A stretch of DNA of 63,806 nt, filler included, from Collodictyon triciliatum (taxonomy: Eukaryota): NCBI GenBank assembly GCA_043381765.1. It is 4 parts of 4 records of this genome, joined end to end, with 100 filler letters (N's around TTAATTAATTAA, not from the genome) between each part and the next. Parts side by side here need not be neighbours in the genome. Positions count along the whole stretch, not along the records: positions 27,464 to 48,198 come from JBHJMP010000009.1; positions 48,299 to 58,979 come from JBHJMP010000012.1; 2 more parts are not named here. One strand, written 5' to 3'. Below the pieces are notes generated by a model. The model was not told the DNA's origin, did not search any database, and worked only from the letters and a program-made list of their open reading frames with translations. Position numbers and translations under genes: made by a program. This document shows positions 40,701 to 51,500 of this stretch, piece after piece (position 1 is the first letter of the stretch; each line of letters opens with the position of its first letter).

Positions 40701-43700
40701 ACTTTGATTTATGGTTTCATCTAAGATATTAGGCTCATTTAATTAAGGATAATGAAAAACGATTGTGTGGAATTATTATTATATTCGATAAAAATCAAAT
40801 AAACCTTTTCATGTAGTGGGAACGGTAACCTGATTTTGATCTCATCATGAAACTAGTATTTATTTAAGCTAATGAACTACAAATATACTATAAAGATTCT
40901 GAGACTTTTGACGGTTCAATTTGTTACGCGTGCATAAGGTTAAAAATTTTAATTTTTAAAGAAGTAATGTGAAAGGGATTGGACTCCTTTCTTTGAGCAG
41001 ATGCATCAATTTTTATTTAAAAAATAAAATACGTTTGGTGCTTTTTCGTGGTAAATAACGTGTGTGTTTTCGTAAGTTTTGAAGCTTTGGTCAGAGCTTC
41101 GTCCGAAGATGAACTAAGTTAGATTTTTTTAATTATACTATTTATTCTTGACATTCTAGTGTAGATGCGATTTCTTTCTTGACCTATATAACAAAAAATA
41201 AAAATAAATTACAAATGTCAAAATACCGTACCGTCCCAAGAGTTGCCGTCTCTTCTGCCATATCATTTGAACGTAATTCTACTCGAACACAAATATTCCG
41301 GCAACTTCCAGGAGCCTAGTAGTACCAAATTATTTGTATATGGATATATAGATATAAATATAAATAATCGTTAGAATTTCTATTACTTTAAAAGTTTGAC
41401 TCACTGTTCTATTTGAAAAGTTGACTGAAAGTGGGTATATGTATAGATAGTTGTAGAATGACGTGTGAAAATGGCTCCATGTGGAGGGAAAGTTGGCGAT
41501 TTCGCGAATTGTTTCCGACTGTCCCTATTTTGCAGGCGTACCAAATGGAGTAAACAAGATATGTATACTTGGGGTCGGATTATAATGGAAAGGCTTCATT
41601 TTTATGGATTAAACGGAAGGAATGATAGTGACTCATTATAAATAAAGTTCATTACAGAGCCAGAGATACTCAATGAAAGTGGTGTCTGTGAAGGAGTGGA
41701 GCCAGTGTTTGGACGGTAAGTCTGCACAGGTAGGTATGATGGGTCGAACGTGAAGGGCATAACAAGATTGTCGCTGACCGGTCGTATCCTTGGTTGTTGT
41801 TATTATTGTTATTATTATTTTCAGCGCCATTTACAATAAAATGTGCGAATATCTGGGAATGTATAGATATAGAGAAATAAGAGAAATAAAATATGAGAGG
41901 ATGCATGTGCCAGACAAGGCATACATCGACTTTTGGTTGAATTGGTAATAGGGGGTACACAATCTTTGCTTTTGAGGCTACCTTAGTCGAATGCTTCCGT
42001 TGATTTGGTGGAGAGACTTTGAGGCTCTTGCCTTCAAATCATTAAATAAATACATAGGAATAAAGAATGAAGGAGGGATTAATATAAAGAATAGAGGTAT
42101 AGCCCAATATCTACGAATAGCCGAAAAACTTAAATCTGAACACTACACAATGTCCATCTTTAGGAAAGGAGAAAAGAAAATAGACCATTCTTTTGACAAA
42201 ATTGGGCTACCTTATCACTCAAGGAGTCTAATATGAATTCTTCAGTACAATCATTTCGTGCGTGATAGAGTTGTTCGATTGAGATTAATCCTTCTCGAAG
42301 AGCTATTGAACCGTCAGACTCTGTGTAAAGTGGCGCAGCACCCCAACAGAATGATTGCCTAAAAAATCATTACAGTTTTATTTATTTTTGATATTAAAAG
42401 TAGCGCTTGGAATCAGAAAGACAGAATGGTTATGGTTATTATATTCACTTTAATAACTATAACACTCAAGTAAACCTGAATGCTCCAAGTTTCTCGCATG
42501 CCTCTTGCATTCTGGGAGCAGTTTTAGACTAGGAGAAGGATTTTTGTATAAATCTATCGAGTTCTTTCTTAAATTGTTTCGAGAAGAGCTCTTACAGAGT
42601 AATTTCCACAGTAGGGTTTGATGGCTTCGTTCGGATCGCCATATAAGACCTTCTCAGTTCGAAGAAGCAAGACTACATTAGAATTAGGATTTATAACCCG
42701 AAATAGCGCACGTCTAGACTTCGTTTCCGGATCCGAGAAGCTCTGTATTATGTGATTATCATTAAGCAATCTATTAGAGTGACAATGGCTTTACTATGGA
42801 TTACAACTTTGCTCAAACAGAATGAAACATATATTGCGTTTCGTTTTTTTTTCCAGTTAGTTCGATTAGCTACCCTGTAAGGCAGATAACTCAACACTGT
42901 ATCAGAGGCCAGATCAAAGTGGAAATTCTCTGTCAGTTTCTACATTTATAAATCATCATGAGTTGTCAATGGTAAAAGTAAATGAAGACGTTTTTATTCG
43001 AAAGAGAAAGCAATAAAGTACATAATATGGCACATGATAGAAAAATACCTGACGGGAGGCAACGTCGTACAGACACATTGTGCAAAAAACTGGCTCTAGC
43101 TCGGGGATATCGAACGAAAGAGTCAGACACTCAATAAGGACTTGTGACCCGCTATATTGAAATAATCGATGAATATCAAGTCATCTCCTTTTTTTTCGTT
43201 AATTTTTTTAAAATAAATTTTGTGCTATACAAACTTGACAGGGTCTGTTGGAAACTCTGGGGTTAAGCGCTCCGTATCGGTGGACGTACCTGTAAGATTT
43301 GCATTGTTTAAATTTAACGGGTTGGTTTATGATTGATTTATCATTTGGTTACTACTAATATAATTTATTTCAAATAATATGTTGGAAAATACCTCTGCTC
43401 ATTATGTCGTCCGGGTCGTATAGGTGCATTATTCTGGGGACAGGAGAATTCGACCAAACCTAATGCAAAATACAAGATTCAAGAATGTCACTTCGCTTCT
43501 TTCTAAACAAACAACCAGTATTCAAAAAAAAATTCACTCTTTTTTCTGATGACATTATATCGCAAGTATTGCATGTAATCAAGCTCCACCTGAACAAGTG
43601 ATTGAATGGATGATAGGTATGGAAAAATCTGAAAAAATGTATTATTGGCAGAGTCAAGGGAATGGTCAGATGGCTCTTTGTCAAAATCGAAGCTTTGGTC

Positions 43701-44629
43701 CACAAAATCATCAGCTTTTTTCCTTAAAGATTGCGGATTATTTTCTTTAGAAAAGAGAACATGTGATTCATACAGATATTCAGAATAAACTGTGTTTTAG
43801 ATTGCTCTCATAGAGTGGTTTCTACTGTATTGACATGTTTCCGAGGCTGAATGAAAAGTAGTGATAATTTGAGCCTTTACTTCCCCCCAGCAGTAAGCAT
43901 GTCAGTCATTGTGTAGTACGACTCGTACGTGCGTTGGATGATTGTGTAATCGCTCATATAGTAATTCAGGCATTCCTTAAAGAATGATGGCAGTGTCTCC
44001 ACATCAACACCCTAAAAAAAAAACAAGTCAAAAGCATATAAAAAGGAATGGAGCAAAAAGAGAAATCCGTGACTCAGATTTTCCATCCTGAAAAAAAATT
44101 TGGGGTTTAAGATTTATTGGAATGATGAATAATAAGTTTAAAATATTTAGACCTTCGGTATAGTGTCTCCTACGCGGTTGAATCTACAAGACATAGAATT
44201 GAGAGTGAGAAAGTATTTATTTTTTCTTGATAGGCAACGAAAAAAGAAAAATGACTAAAAGAATTAAAAGCACAGACTACGCTGGCTCTAATCCTCAACT
44301 ATGTTGAAATATCCGCACATAATGCTACCCTTGTTTAATATATGTTTTTTCTTTCTTGGGGTTACTTTCGGGTTTATGAAAGCATGATTGAAAAGAAAAG
44401 GAGGTGGAGAAAGGAGGAAAACAAGCAAGAAAAATAAATACCTGGGCAGCTTTTTGACGACGATGTCATCATCGGGTAGTCTGACTCTTTTTGCAGGGCT
44501 GGAAACAAGCGCAGCCTCCACTCTGAGTCTCCTTTCAAATTCCTCATACGGCGGCAACTCGGGTGTTTTCTCAACCACAATTCGTTGAGTCGACAGGCGA
44601 AAGCTGCGTCGGAATTCACGCGAGCTCAT
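29744..44629 (-). CDS. DOCK-family Rho GEF, DOCK-C/D type (DOCK6/7/8-like), many exons
   Basis: N-terminal [13 protein letters not shown]...ECLNYY and [37 protein letters not shown]-1/C2 region: [64 protein letters not shown]-2 region: [51 protein letters not shown]. Stop TGA at 29746-29744. The start codon is uncertain and central exons were only partly traced. Confidence 0.94.
29918..30270. repeat. (GAGT)n microsatellite in the last DOCK intron, containing a 100-N gap
   Basis: Tandem repeat visible directly. Confidence 0.95.
31620..31866. repeat. (AAAAG)n-type purine repeat, DOCK intron
   Basis: Tandem repeat visible directly. Confidence 0.9.
32576..32730. repeat. (AAAAGGAT/TAAAGGAT)n 8-mer repeat, DOCK intron
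   Basis: Tandem repeat with blockwise variant units. Confidence 0.95.
33135..33446. repeat. (AAAAATGT)n 8-mer repeat, DOCK intron
   Basis: Tandem repeat that fills most of the intron. Confidence 0.95.
36330..36545. repeat. (GGAAAAAA)n repeat, DOCK intron
   Basis: Tandem repeat visible directly. Confidence 0.95.
40392..40499. repeat. (AAAAAC)n repeat, DOCK intron
   Basis: Tandem repeat visible directly. Confidence 0.95.
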
Positions 44630-44915
44630 CTGCTTACACAACATGGAACCCATTCAGTAAAAGACCAGGAATAAGGAAAGAGGGAGGCGGATCTTTTTTT
44701 TTCTTTTTGGCTCGTCATTTTATCGCATAACGCCGTATTTGCCATTGTATGGTTAAGTTTTCACAGCATTTCGCTAAACAGAAAACATATATGCTGTAAA
44801 AAGGAGCGTTTGAAGGAAAAAAGATAAAGAAGCGAGACCGAGGCCATATCATTGTGCTTTCTGTTTGAACATGTATCGTCAGGGAGCCGCTCTCGCTGGA
44901 GCCGGCCACAGTCAC

Positions 44916-45042
44916 AAAAAGAAAGAAAAGAAAGAAAAGAAAGAAAAGAAAGAAAAGAAAGAAAAGAAAGAAAAGAAAGAAAAGAAAGAAAAGAAAGAAA
45001 AGAAAGAAAAGAAAGAAAGAAAGAGAGAAAGAAAGAAAGAAA
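44916..45042. repeat. (GAAAGAAAA)n repeat upstream of DOCK
   Basis: Tandem repeat visible directly. Confidence 0.95.
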
Positions 45043-45360
45043 GAGGATAACGAAACAGAAGGCGGCTTGCGAGAGAAAAATGAAGAATTTGGTCGCCTGA
45101 TCAATGGTAATCGACAAGCGAAATGATCCAAATCAGAAAGCTCTTGGATTCACGCATTCTTACACAACTGCACAAGAAAAAGAAAAAAATGAAAAAATGA
45201 AAAAAGAAAAAATGAAAAAAGAAAAGAAAAGATGAAAGAAAGGAAAAGAAAAAAAGGAAGGAAAATGAAGAAAAAAGATAAAATGCCTCCATCACCCATT
45301 CCTCATTCCAGGGTAGAACCACAAAGCAGAAAACACAAAACACGCTCCTCCAAGAACAGG

Positions 45361-45774
45361 ATGAGCGCCGCAGACGAGGCCTCAAGCGCCATCGAAATGG
45401 AAGCCCAGCTGCTTATTGATCAACACCGCTCCGTCTGCGAGAGAATGGAGTTGGTGCATCGCGAAGAGCAGCAAAGGCAGCAGCAGATCATTGCCGAGCG
45501 CCTGCGGCTTCGCAGACACAGAGCCCGACAAACAACAGCAACAACAGCGACAACAGCAACAACAGCAACAACAGCAACAACAGCAACAACAGACAGCGAC
45601 TGCCGCGTGGGCTCCGAAAAGTGGGCCGCGCTTGACGAGACGCAGCAGCAACGCATTCTCGCACAGCGTTCCGAAGCCTTCCTTGCCCAGCTGGATGCCA
45701 GCACAAGCGAGGATGAAGGCGAGGACAAGCCGCCTCGGAAGCCCAAGTCGTGCGCAGTGTCAGGCAACGGGTGA
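45361..45774 (+). CDS. Hypothetical small coiled-coil protein (137 aa) with a (TTA)n amino-acid repeat
   Basis: GC-rich single ORF MSAADEASSAIEMEAQLLIDQH...EEQQRQQQIIAERLRLRR with coding-like codon use in AT-rich flanks. No family recognised. Confidence 0.6.
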   Translation: MSAADEASSAIEMEAQLLIDQHRSVCERMELVHREEQQRQQQIIAERLRLRRHRARQTTATTATTATTATTATTATTDSDCRVGSEKWAALDETQQQRILAQRSEAFLAQLDASTSEDEGEDKPPRKPKSCAVSGNG

Positions 45775-46113
45775 AGCCCCATCGCGAGGCCAGGCCGCAG
45801 CTCTCATATCGCTTGGCTGCATTTCCCTTCCAAAGTGCGCGTTGGTGGCAGGGCTCTTGCACATCGCTTTGCTAAAACAAAAACAACAACAAGAACAAGA
45901 AGAAGAAAAAAAGAAGATAATCTGAAGGCTGCTTGTTATACCATCGTCGCCATGACGCTCTGGCAACCTGCCTTTCATGCATCCCCCACTCCAAATTGTT
46001 TTCTCCCTGCTTCTTGTAAGTATAAAGAAACAAGGCGTCTTTGCATAATCTGGAAGTGAGGGGGAGGTTGAGCGAGAGCAGGATGAATCCAATGACCAAC
46101 AGTTTTATCTCGA

Positions 46114-46347
46114 TTAGTTGAAGTTGCTGCCGTATGTGGTCGCGCCCATGTTGTGCTGCTTGGCTCCGCGATCGTTGACCACCGAGACCGGCTTGTATCC
46201 CGTGTATCCAGGCACATCCTGCAAACTAGCGCAGGAACGAGGCAATTAGATAATCAGCCAGCACGCACATACAGAAAGCCTGCAATCAAAAAGAAAGTCA
46301 TGTGAACCTCACCCACCAATACACAAGATAACCAAAGAAGAGAGGGA

Positions 46348-46423
<76 letters not shown>

Positions 46424-47187
46424 AAAAAGAACTGTGTCTCGAGCGCATCCGTCTTATTGACCGGCCGAGTTGCGATGCCCGCAGCCTGACTCGTGGCGTA
46501 CTCATTCTGGTCCGACTGCGGGATGAATCCGGCATAGTTCGGCACATGGGCGGTGGCCTTTGTCGTGCCATGGCTACACAAAAAGCATCACAGAGTCAGA
46601 GGAGCGACACAAACTGGAAGAGATACGAAAACATCTGAAGTATTTGCATGTCAAAATAATAACAGTAACAATAATAAAAATAGAAATAATAGAAAGGAAT
46701 AAAGAAGAAGAAATAAAGGGAGGCTAATGAAAAAAGGCCGGCCCAGGAGTTACAAGAGATCGGCAGTGGCTGCGTTGTGGTTGACGTGCGCCGGGTGGGC
46801 CGGGTCGTAGTCGTGGGGGCTCGAGCGGAAGTGGCCGAATTCGCGAACGTAGGAGGACGGCGGCGTGGGCGACAGCAGCGGCGAAGGGCGCGCAATGCCG
46901 TCCTGCCAGGGTGGCTGCCCGCCCCGCAGATAGTGCGGCTCCACAGGCGCCCCGTCCCGTGCCGTGCGGGCCTCTGCGCTCAGCGTCGCGTGGGCCGTGG
47001 ACAGTCGACCGGCCATGCTGTGGTGTGGCACGTCCACTTTGTCTGTTGGTCGTGCCGTGTGGTGCGGCTCCCGCGACTGGCGCAGCGCCGGTGAGTCTGG
47101 GTTGATCCGTGCGTGCGGCTCAAAGTGTTCCACGCGCGTGGCAAAGTCTGTGTGCTGCGTCGTTTCGAAGGTCCCGCGATTCAGCAT
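46114..47187 (-). CDS. Probable ciliary microtubule-inner-protein-like protein with PYG-type repeats, 3 exons
   Basis: Exons 47187-46754, 46574-46433 and 46225-46114 (approximate) splice to ...ADLFHGTTKATAHVPNYAGFIP...HLQDVPGYTGYKP...NFN*. The P[GN]Y.G[FY].P motifs are typical of PYG-repeat MIPs. Confidence 0.65.
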
Positions 47188-47647
47188 GGCTGGCTTTTCC
47201 TTTGGCTTTTCCTTTGGCTTTTCCTTTGGCTTTTCCTTTGGCTTTGGGCGGAGAAGAGATCAATTGGGAATCATGGATGGTTGCTATGCGTGTATTGATT
47301 TGGGTCCTTCCTTGCGGATAGAGTCAGGTGGGTGTCTTGTTCTTGGCCTTCCAGCTCCCTTGGCTGGCAGCTTTGGTTTGATTCTTTTTGCACTCGTTTT
47401 TGTTTTTCCTGCTTTTTTTTTCTGTTTGGACGAGATCCATCAAGATCGGTTTGCTAAAAAAGAAATGTCCACATATAGACTCCGTTGAAGTCGCATGTGG
47501 AAAATACTTTTTTGTTGTTGAGGATCCCATTTGAATCCGATGATGGATCAGAAGCGAGAGGCTGGAAGGAGCACAGAAGAGACGTGCTGTGGGTCGTAGT
47601 TGTGTAGTAACCTGGCTCTGAGTAGACCTCTGTGCAAGCAAGAAAGG

Positions 47648-47978
47648 ATGTCACAAATCCTTGCGTCGTGGCTTTCCTCGATCCTTGGTCCGCGTGCAAA
47701 GATCGAGGCCACCAAGCTGGAGTCCCTCTTTAGCAACGGGTATCTGCTGGGCGACCTGCTTGTGCGCCTGGGCGTGCCGTTGGACTTTGACCAGTTTGTG
47801 AATCAAAGCAGCCCGGAGGTCAAAGTCGCAAACTTTTCGTTGCTTGTTCCTGCATTGACGCAGGCGCTACAGATTCCGTTCTCGAACCGACTGGCAAACG
47901 AAATCCTCACGGAGCAGCGCGGTGCTGTGGAGCATCTGTTGCTGCAGATCAAGGAGCGGTTCGACTTGAAGGCAAAAG
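47648..47978 (+). CDS. SPEF2: Sperm flagellar protein 2 (SPEF2/KPL2/CPC1-like), first exon only (N-terminal CH domain)
   Basis: MSQILASWL...LESLFSNGYLLGDLL...DFDQFVNQSSPEVKVANFSLLVPAL...LANEILTEQRGAVEHLLLQI matches the SPEF2 N-terminus (MS.IL..WL...FS.GYL.G..L...K..NF..L.P.L...I.TE..G....LL.Q). A GT donor follows at 47979, then the spacer gap. Confidence 0.85.
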
Positions 47979-48198
47979 GTTACTGATTTGGCCCTTCGAG
48001 ATCTCTTGCTTTTTCATTTTTCTTTTCTTTTCTTTTCTTTCCTTTTTTTTCTTTTTTCTTTTTTCTTTTTCTTTTCTTTTTCTTTTTCTTTTCTTTTTTC
48101 TTTTCTTTTTTCTTTTCTTTTTTCTTTTCTTTTTTCTTTTCTTTTTTCTTTTCTTTTTTTCTTTTCTTTTTTTCTTTTTTTTTTTCTTTTCTTTTTTC

Positions 48199-48298
48199 NN
48201 NNNNNNNNNNNNNNNNNNNNNNNNNNNNNNNNNNNNNNNNNNTTAATTAATTAANNNNNNNNNNNNNNNNNNNNNNNNNNNNNNNNNNNNNNNNNNNN
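48199..48298. other. Artificial assembly spacer (N44 + TTAATTAATTAA + N44)
   Basis: Same 12-mer at 48243-48254; unrelated gene fragments lie on each side. Confidence 0.95.
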
Positions 48299-48538
48299 AA
48301 AACAAAAAAACAAAAAAACAAAAAAACAAAAAAACAAAAAAACAAAAAAACAAAAAAACAAAAAAACAAAAAAACAAAAAAACAAAAAAACAAAAAATCG
48401 AAATAGTCAATGGGAACAATAGAGAACTGAAAGATGTGAAGTCTTGTTCTCATGCTATGCTTTTGGCATACTTCAAAATATCTATTATTAGCCTACATAT
48501 TTGGATATCGCAATTAACCTCGCGATTCAAATTCACAG

Positions 48539-51500
48539 GAACGTACGCAGAATCAAAGGTTGAGTGTCGGACATGCCCTTATAATACGTACTGCGCCAAC
48601 GGAACAAGCATTGCCTTAAGCTGTCCAACAGGTTCATGGTCCACGGCTGGGGCATCATCATGTACCACGTGCCCAGTATCAGAATACTACAATGGTGATT
48701 ATATCACTCAACAATATTACAACTTATATGTATACATATATTTGTTTTTGAGTTCCAATAAATGAATTATACCCGCGAATAGGTGTTGGATGCAGTCCAT
48801 GTACAACAGGGTTTAGCTGTGATGGATACAATACAACCATATGTCCTTCCGGCTTTTATTGCCCCTCTGCAAATCAAAAACTGGTGTGTTCCCCTGGCAG
48901 CTTCTCTCTTGCTGGTTCGACATCCTGTACGCTTTGCCCTGCTGGGACTTCAATAACTTGCCACAACAATCTAATTACCAGGTTAGTTAAAACGCTTTCA
49001 ATTTGTATTCGTGTACATATTTATCTCCTTTGGCTTATTTCATAATACATGTGTTTCGATTTTGATTTTGGTTTTTCAGAAATGCAGTCCAGGCTCTTTC
49101 AGTGCAAAAGGTTCAGCAGCATGTACCCCATGTCCGCTTGGCCACTTTTGCTCTGACCCAGCGTCCACTCCAATGGCATGCAGTGATGGGTTCTATAGCA
49201 GTTCTCTTGGGTCATCAAACTGTAAATCATGCCCTTCAGGATACTACTGCCCTGAGAAGGTCATTGAGCCAGTTCCCTGCCCAAGCGGGAAAATCAGTTC
49301 TGATTCTAGTACGACATGTTCCTCGTGTCCCATGGGTACTTGCCACTTGCTGCGATAAAGCATTCAATCATACTTATACTTGGTGTCTTCTCACAACTTA
49401 CTATCTTTTCAAGACAAATCATGCATTTAATGTGATACATGGAATACTCAGGGTTGAAAAGATAATTTTGTTTCCTCAATTTTAATTTCAAATAGGCACC
49501 TACAGCAACCCGTCTCAATCTGAATGTGTAACATGCCCGGCCGGGTCGTTCTGTCCTTTTGAATCCACTTTTCCAATAACTTGTCCAATATCTTCGTGGT
49601 CTCTATCTGGTGCCGGCGAATGCTCTACGTGTGCATCTAATGAGTACTTTGATGGTATGCAAAACTCAATTGTCGCTTCTCCAACTACCATGATTCTTTG
49701 CCATGATAGTTTCTATACAGTCAGTATAAGTAACGAAGGCAACATAGAAGCAATTTCCTCGATTCTCGAAGTCGCAAGTCAGAGCAATACTTACCAAAAT
49801 TGAATATTGCAAAGGTACCAAGTGTTCCATATGCCCTGCGGGCTCCTACTGCAACGGATTTCTGTCCATTCCATGCCCTGACGGATATTACTCTCCTTCT
49901 GAATCTGTTTCTTGCTCCCCTTGCCCTGCTGGTTCTGCATGTCCTGATAAATCCAAGGCTCCAAACGCTTGCAAAAGCGGGGAATTCTCTCGTGAGGGGG
50001 ATATTAATTGTTCGCTATGCCCCCCTGGATATGCATGTCCCACGCCGTCAAGTTTAATTGCCTGCCCTGTTGGGTCTTATTCACTGGGCGGAGAATCTCT
50101 ATGCACCGAATGCCTGGAAGGGTTCGCATGTCCGTTCACGACATCTGCAGGATTTCAGTGCCCCCCAGGGGCCTATAGTGGGAAAGGGGCTACTTCATGC
50201 ACTCCTTGTCCTGCAGGTTGGTTTGGCGATATGAATAACTCTGATTTGATTATATATATCAGCATGCAGTCATACCTTTTAGTTAGTTTCTCTCATCAGC
50301 TCAGTAACTCTATTATCCACCGCATGTAGGATATAAATGCCCTGATGGGAAACAAACCTCTATCAAGGAATGCCAAAACGGAACATTTTCTACTGGTGGA
50401 TCTATATCTTGCACACCATGTCCCTCTGGTCATAGCTGTCCATACACTTATAGCGGTCCCGTTGAAAGATGTGCCGCTGGCTATTACTCTACTGGAGGAA
50501 AGGTATCTTTTTTTCTTTTTTTTTTTACCTTTCATTTGTTTTTTTGTTTTTTTATTCTCACGATACCGTAGCAAGTAACTGGTTCTCAAGTAGCTGATTG
50601 ATACATACCAATTCGTATTCATACATACCCATCATAACATAGGACTCTTGTGCCATATGCCCATCAGGATTCTCATGCCCTGATAATACTAAAGCGCCCA
50701 TAGCATGCGCATCTGGATTCTACTCTGTTGAGTAAGTGGCTTTCCCCATTCTCTGCTGCATTTCTATAAAGTGTGCTGTTTAACAATCTGCCATGAATAG
50801 AGACTCAGTTTTCTTATCTTGAATTCAGAGGCGCGACGAAGTGCACCTCATGTCCACTTGGCTATAAATGCCCCACTGCTGACCATCTTCCAATTCCTTG
50901 CCCGGCTGGTCAGTATGCAAGTACACCTGGGCAGACCTCTTGCAACATATGCCCAGCAAATCATGCTTGTCCGTCGACTACGTCAGATACTTCTTTAGCA
51001 TGCGTTGATGGAACCTTTTCCCTTGGTGGACAGGTTTTTGTTTCTATTGTTTATCTCATGGAATCATAATTATTTTTTTTTACAAAGAATCAGTATAAAT
51101 TCAATATTGGCCAAGAAAAGAAGAAATGGCGTCAGAATTTACATTTGGTAAAATAATATTTCTTCAAAGTCCGAGTGTCTTGCTTGTCCCGCTGGGTCAA
51201 AGTGTTTCAGAAATGAAGAGGGGTTCATGATTCAAGAATGCGACCTCGGCACCTACTCACCAATAGGCTCAAGCACTTGTATAGATTGTCCCGCTGGATA
51301 CAAATGCGCCATCGCCTCGTACACGATTAATATTCTATCATCCATTATAAAACTGCAGTGAATTACCAACCATAGCTTAAATTCAAAATTCTTTAAATCA
51401 ATGTCATCTTATGAAATGAATTTAAACAGAGAGCTTCCATCTCCATGCCCCTTTGGTACCTACTCAGTATCTCGGTCATCATCGTGCTTCTTGTGCCCAG

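Noticed and set aside
47280..47288. GTTGCTATG, an RFX X-box half-site in the SPEF2/PYG promoter
   Set aside because: The second half (RYAAC) is absent, so it is too weak to call.
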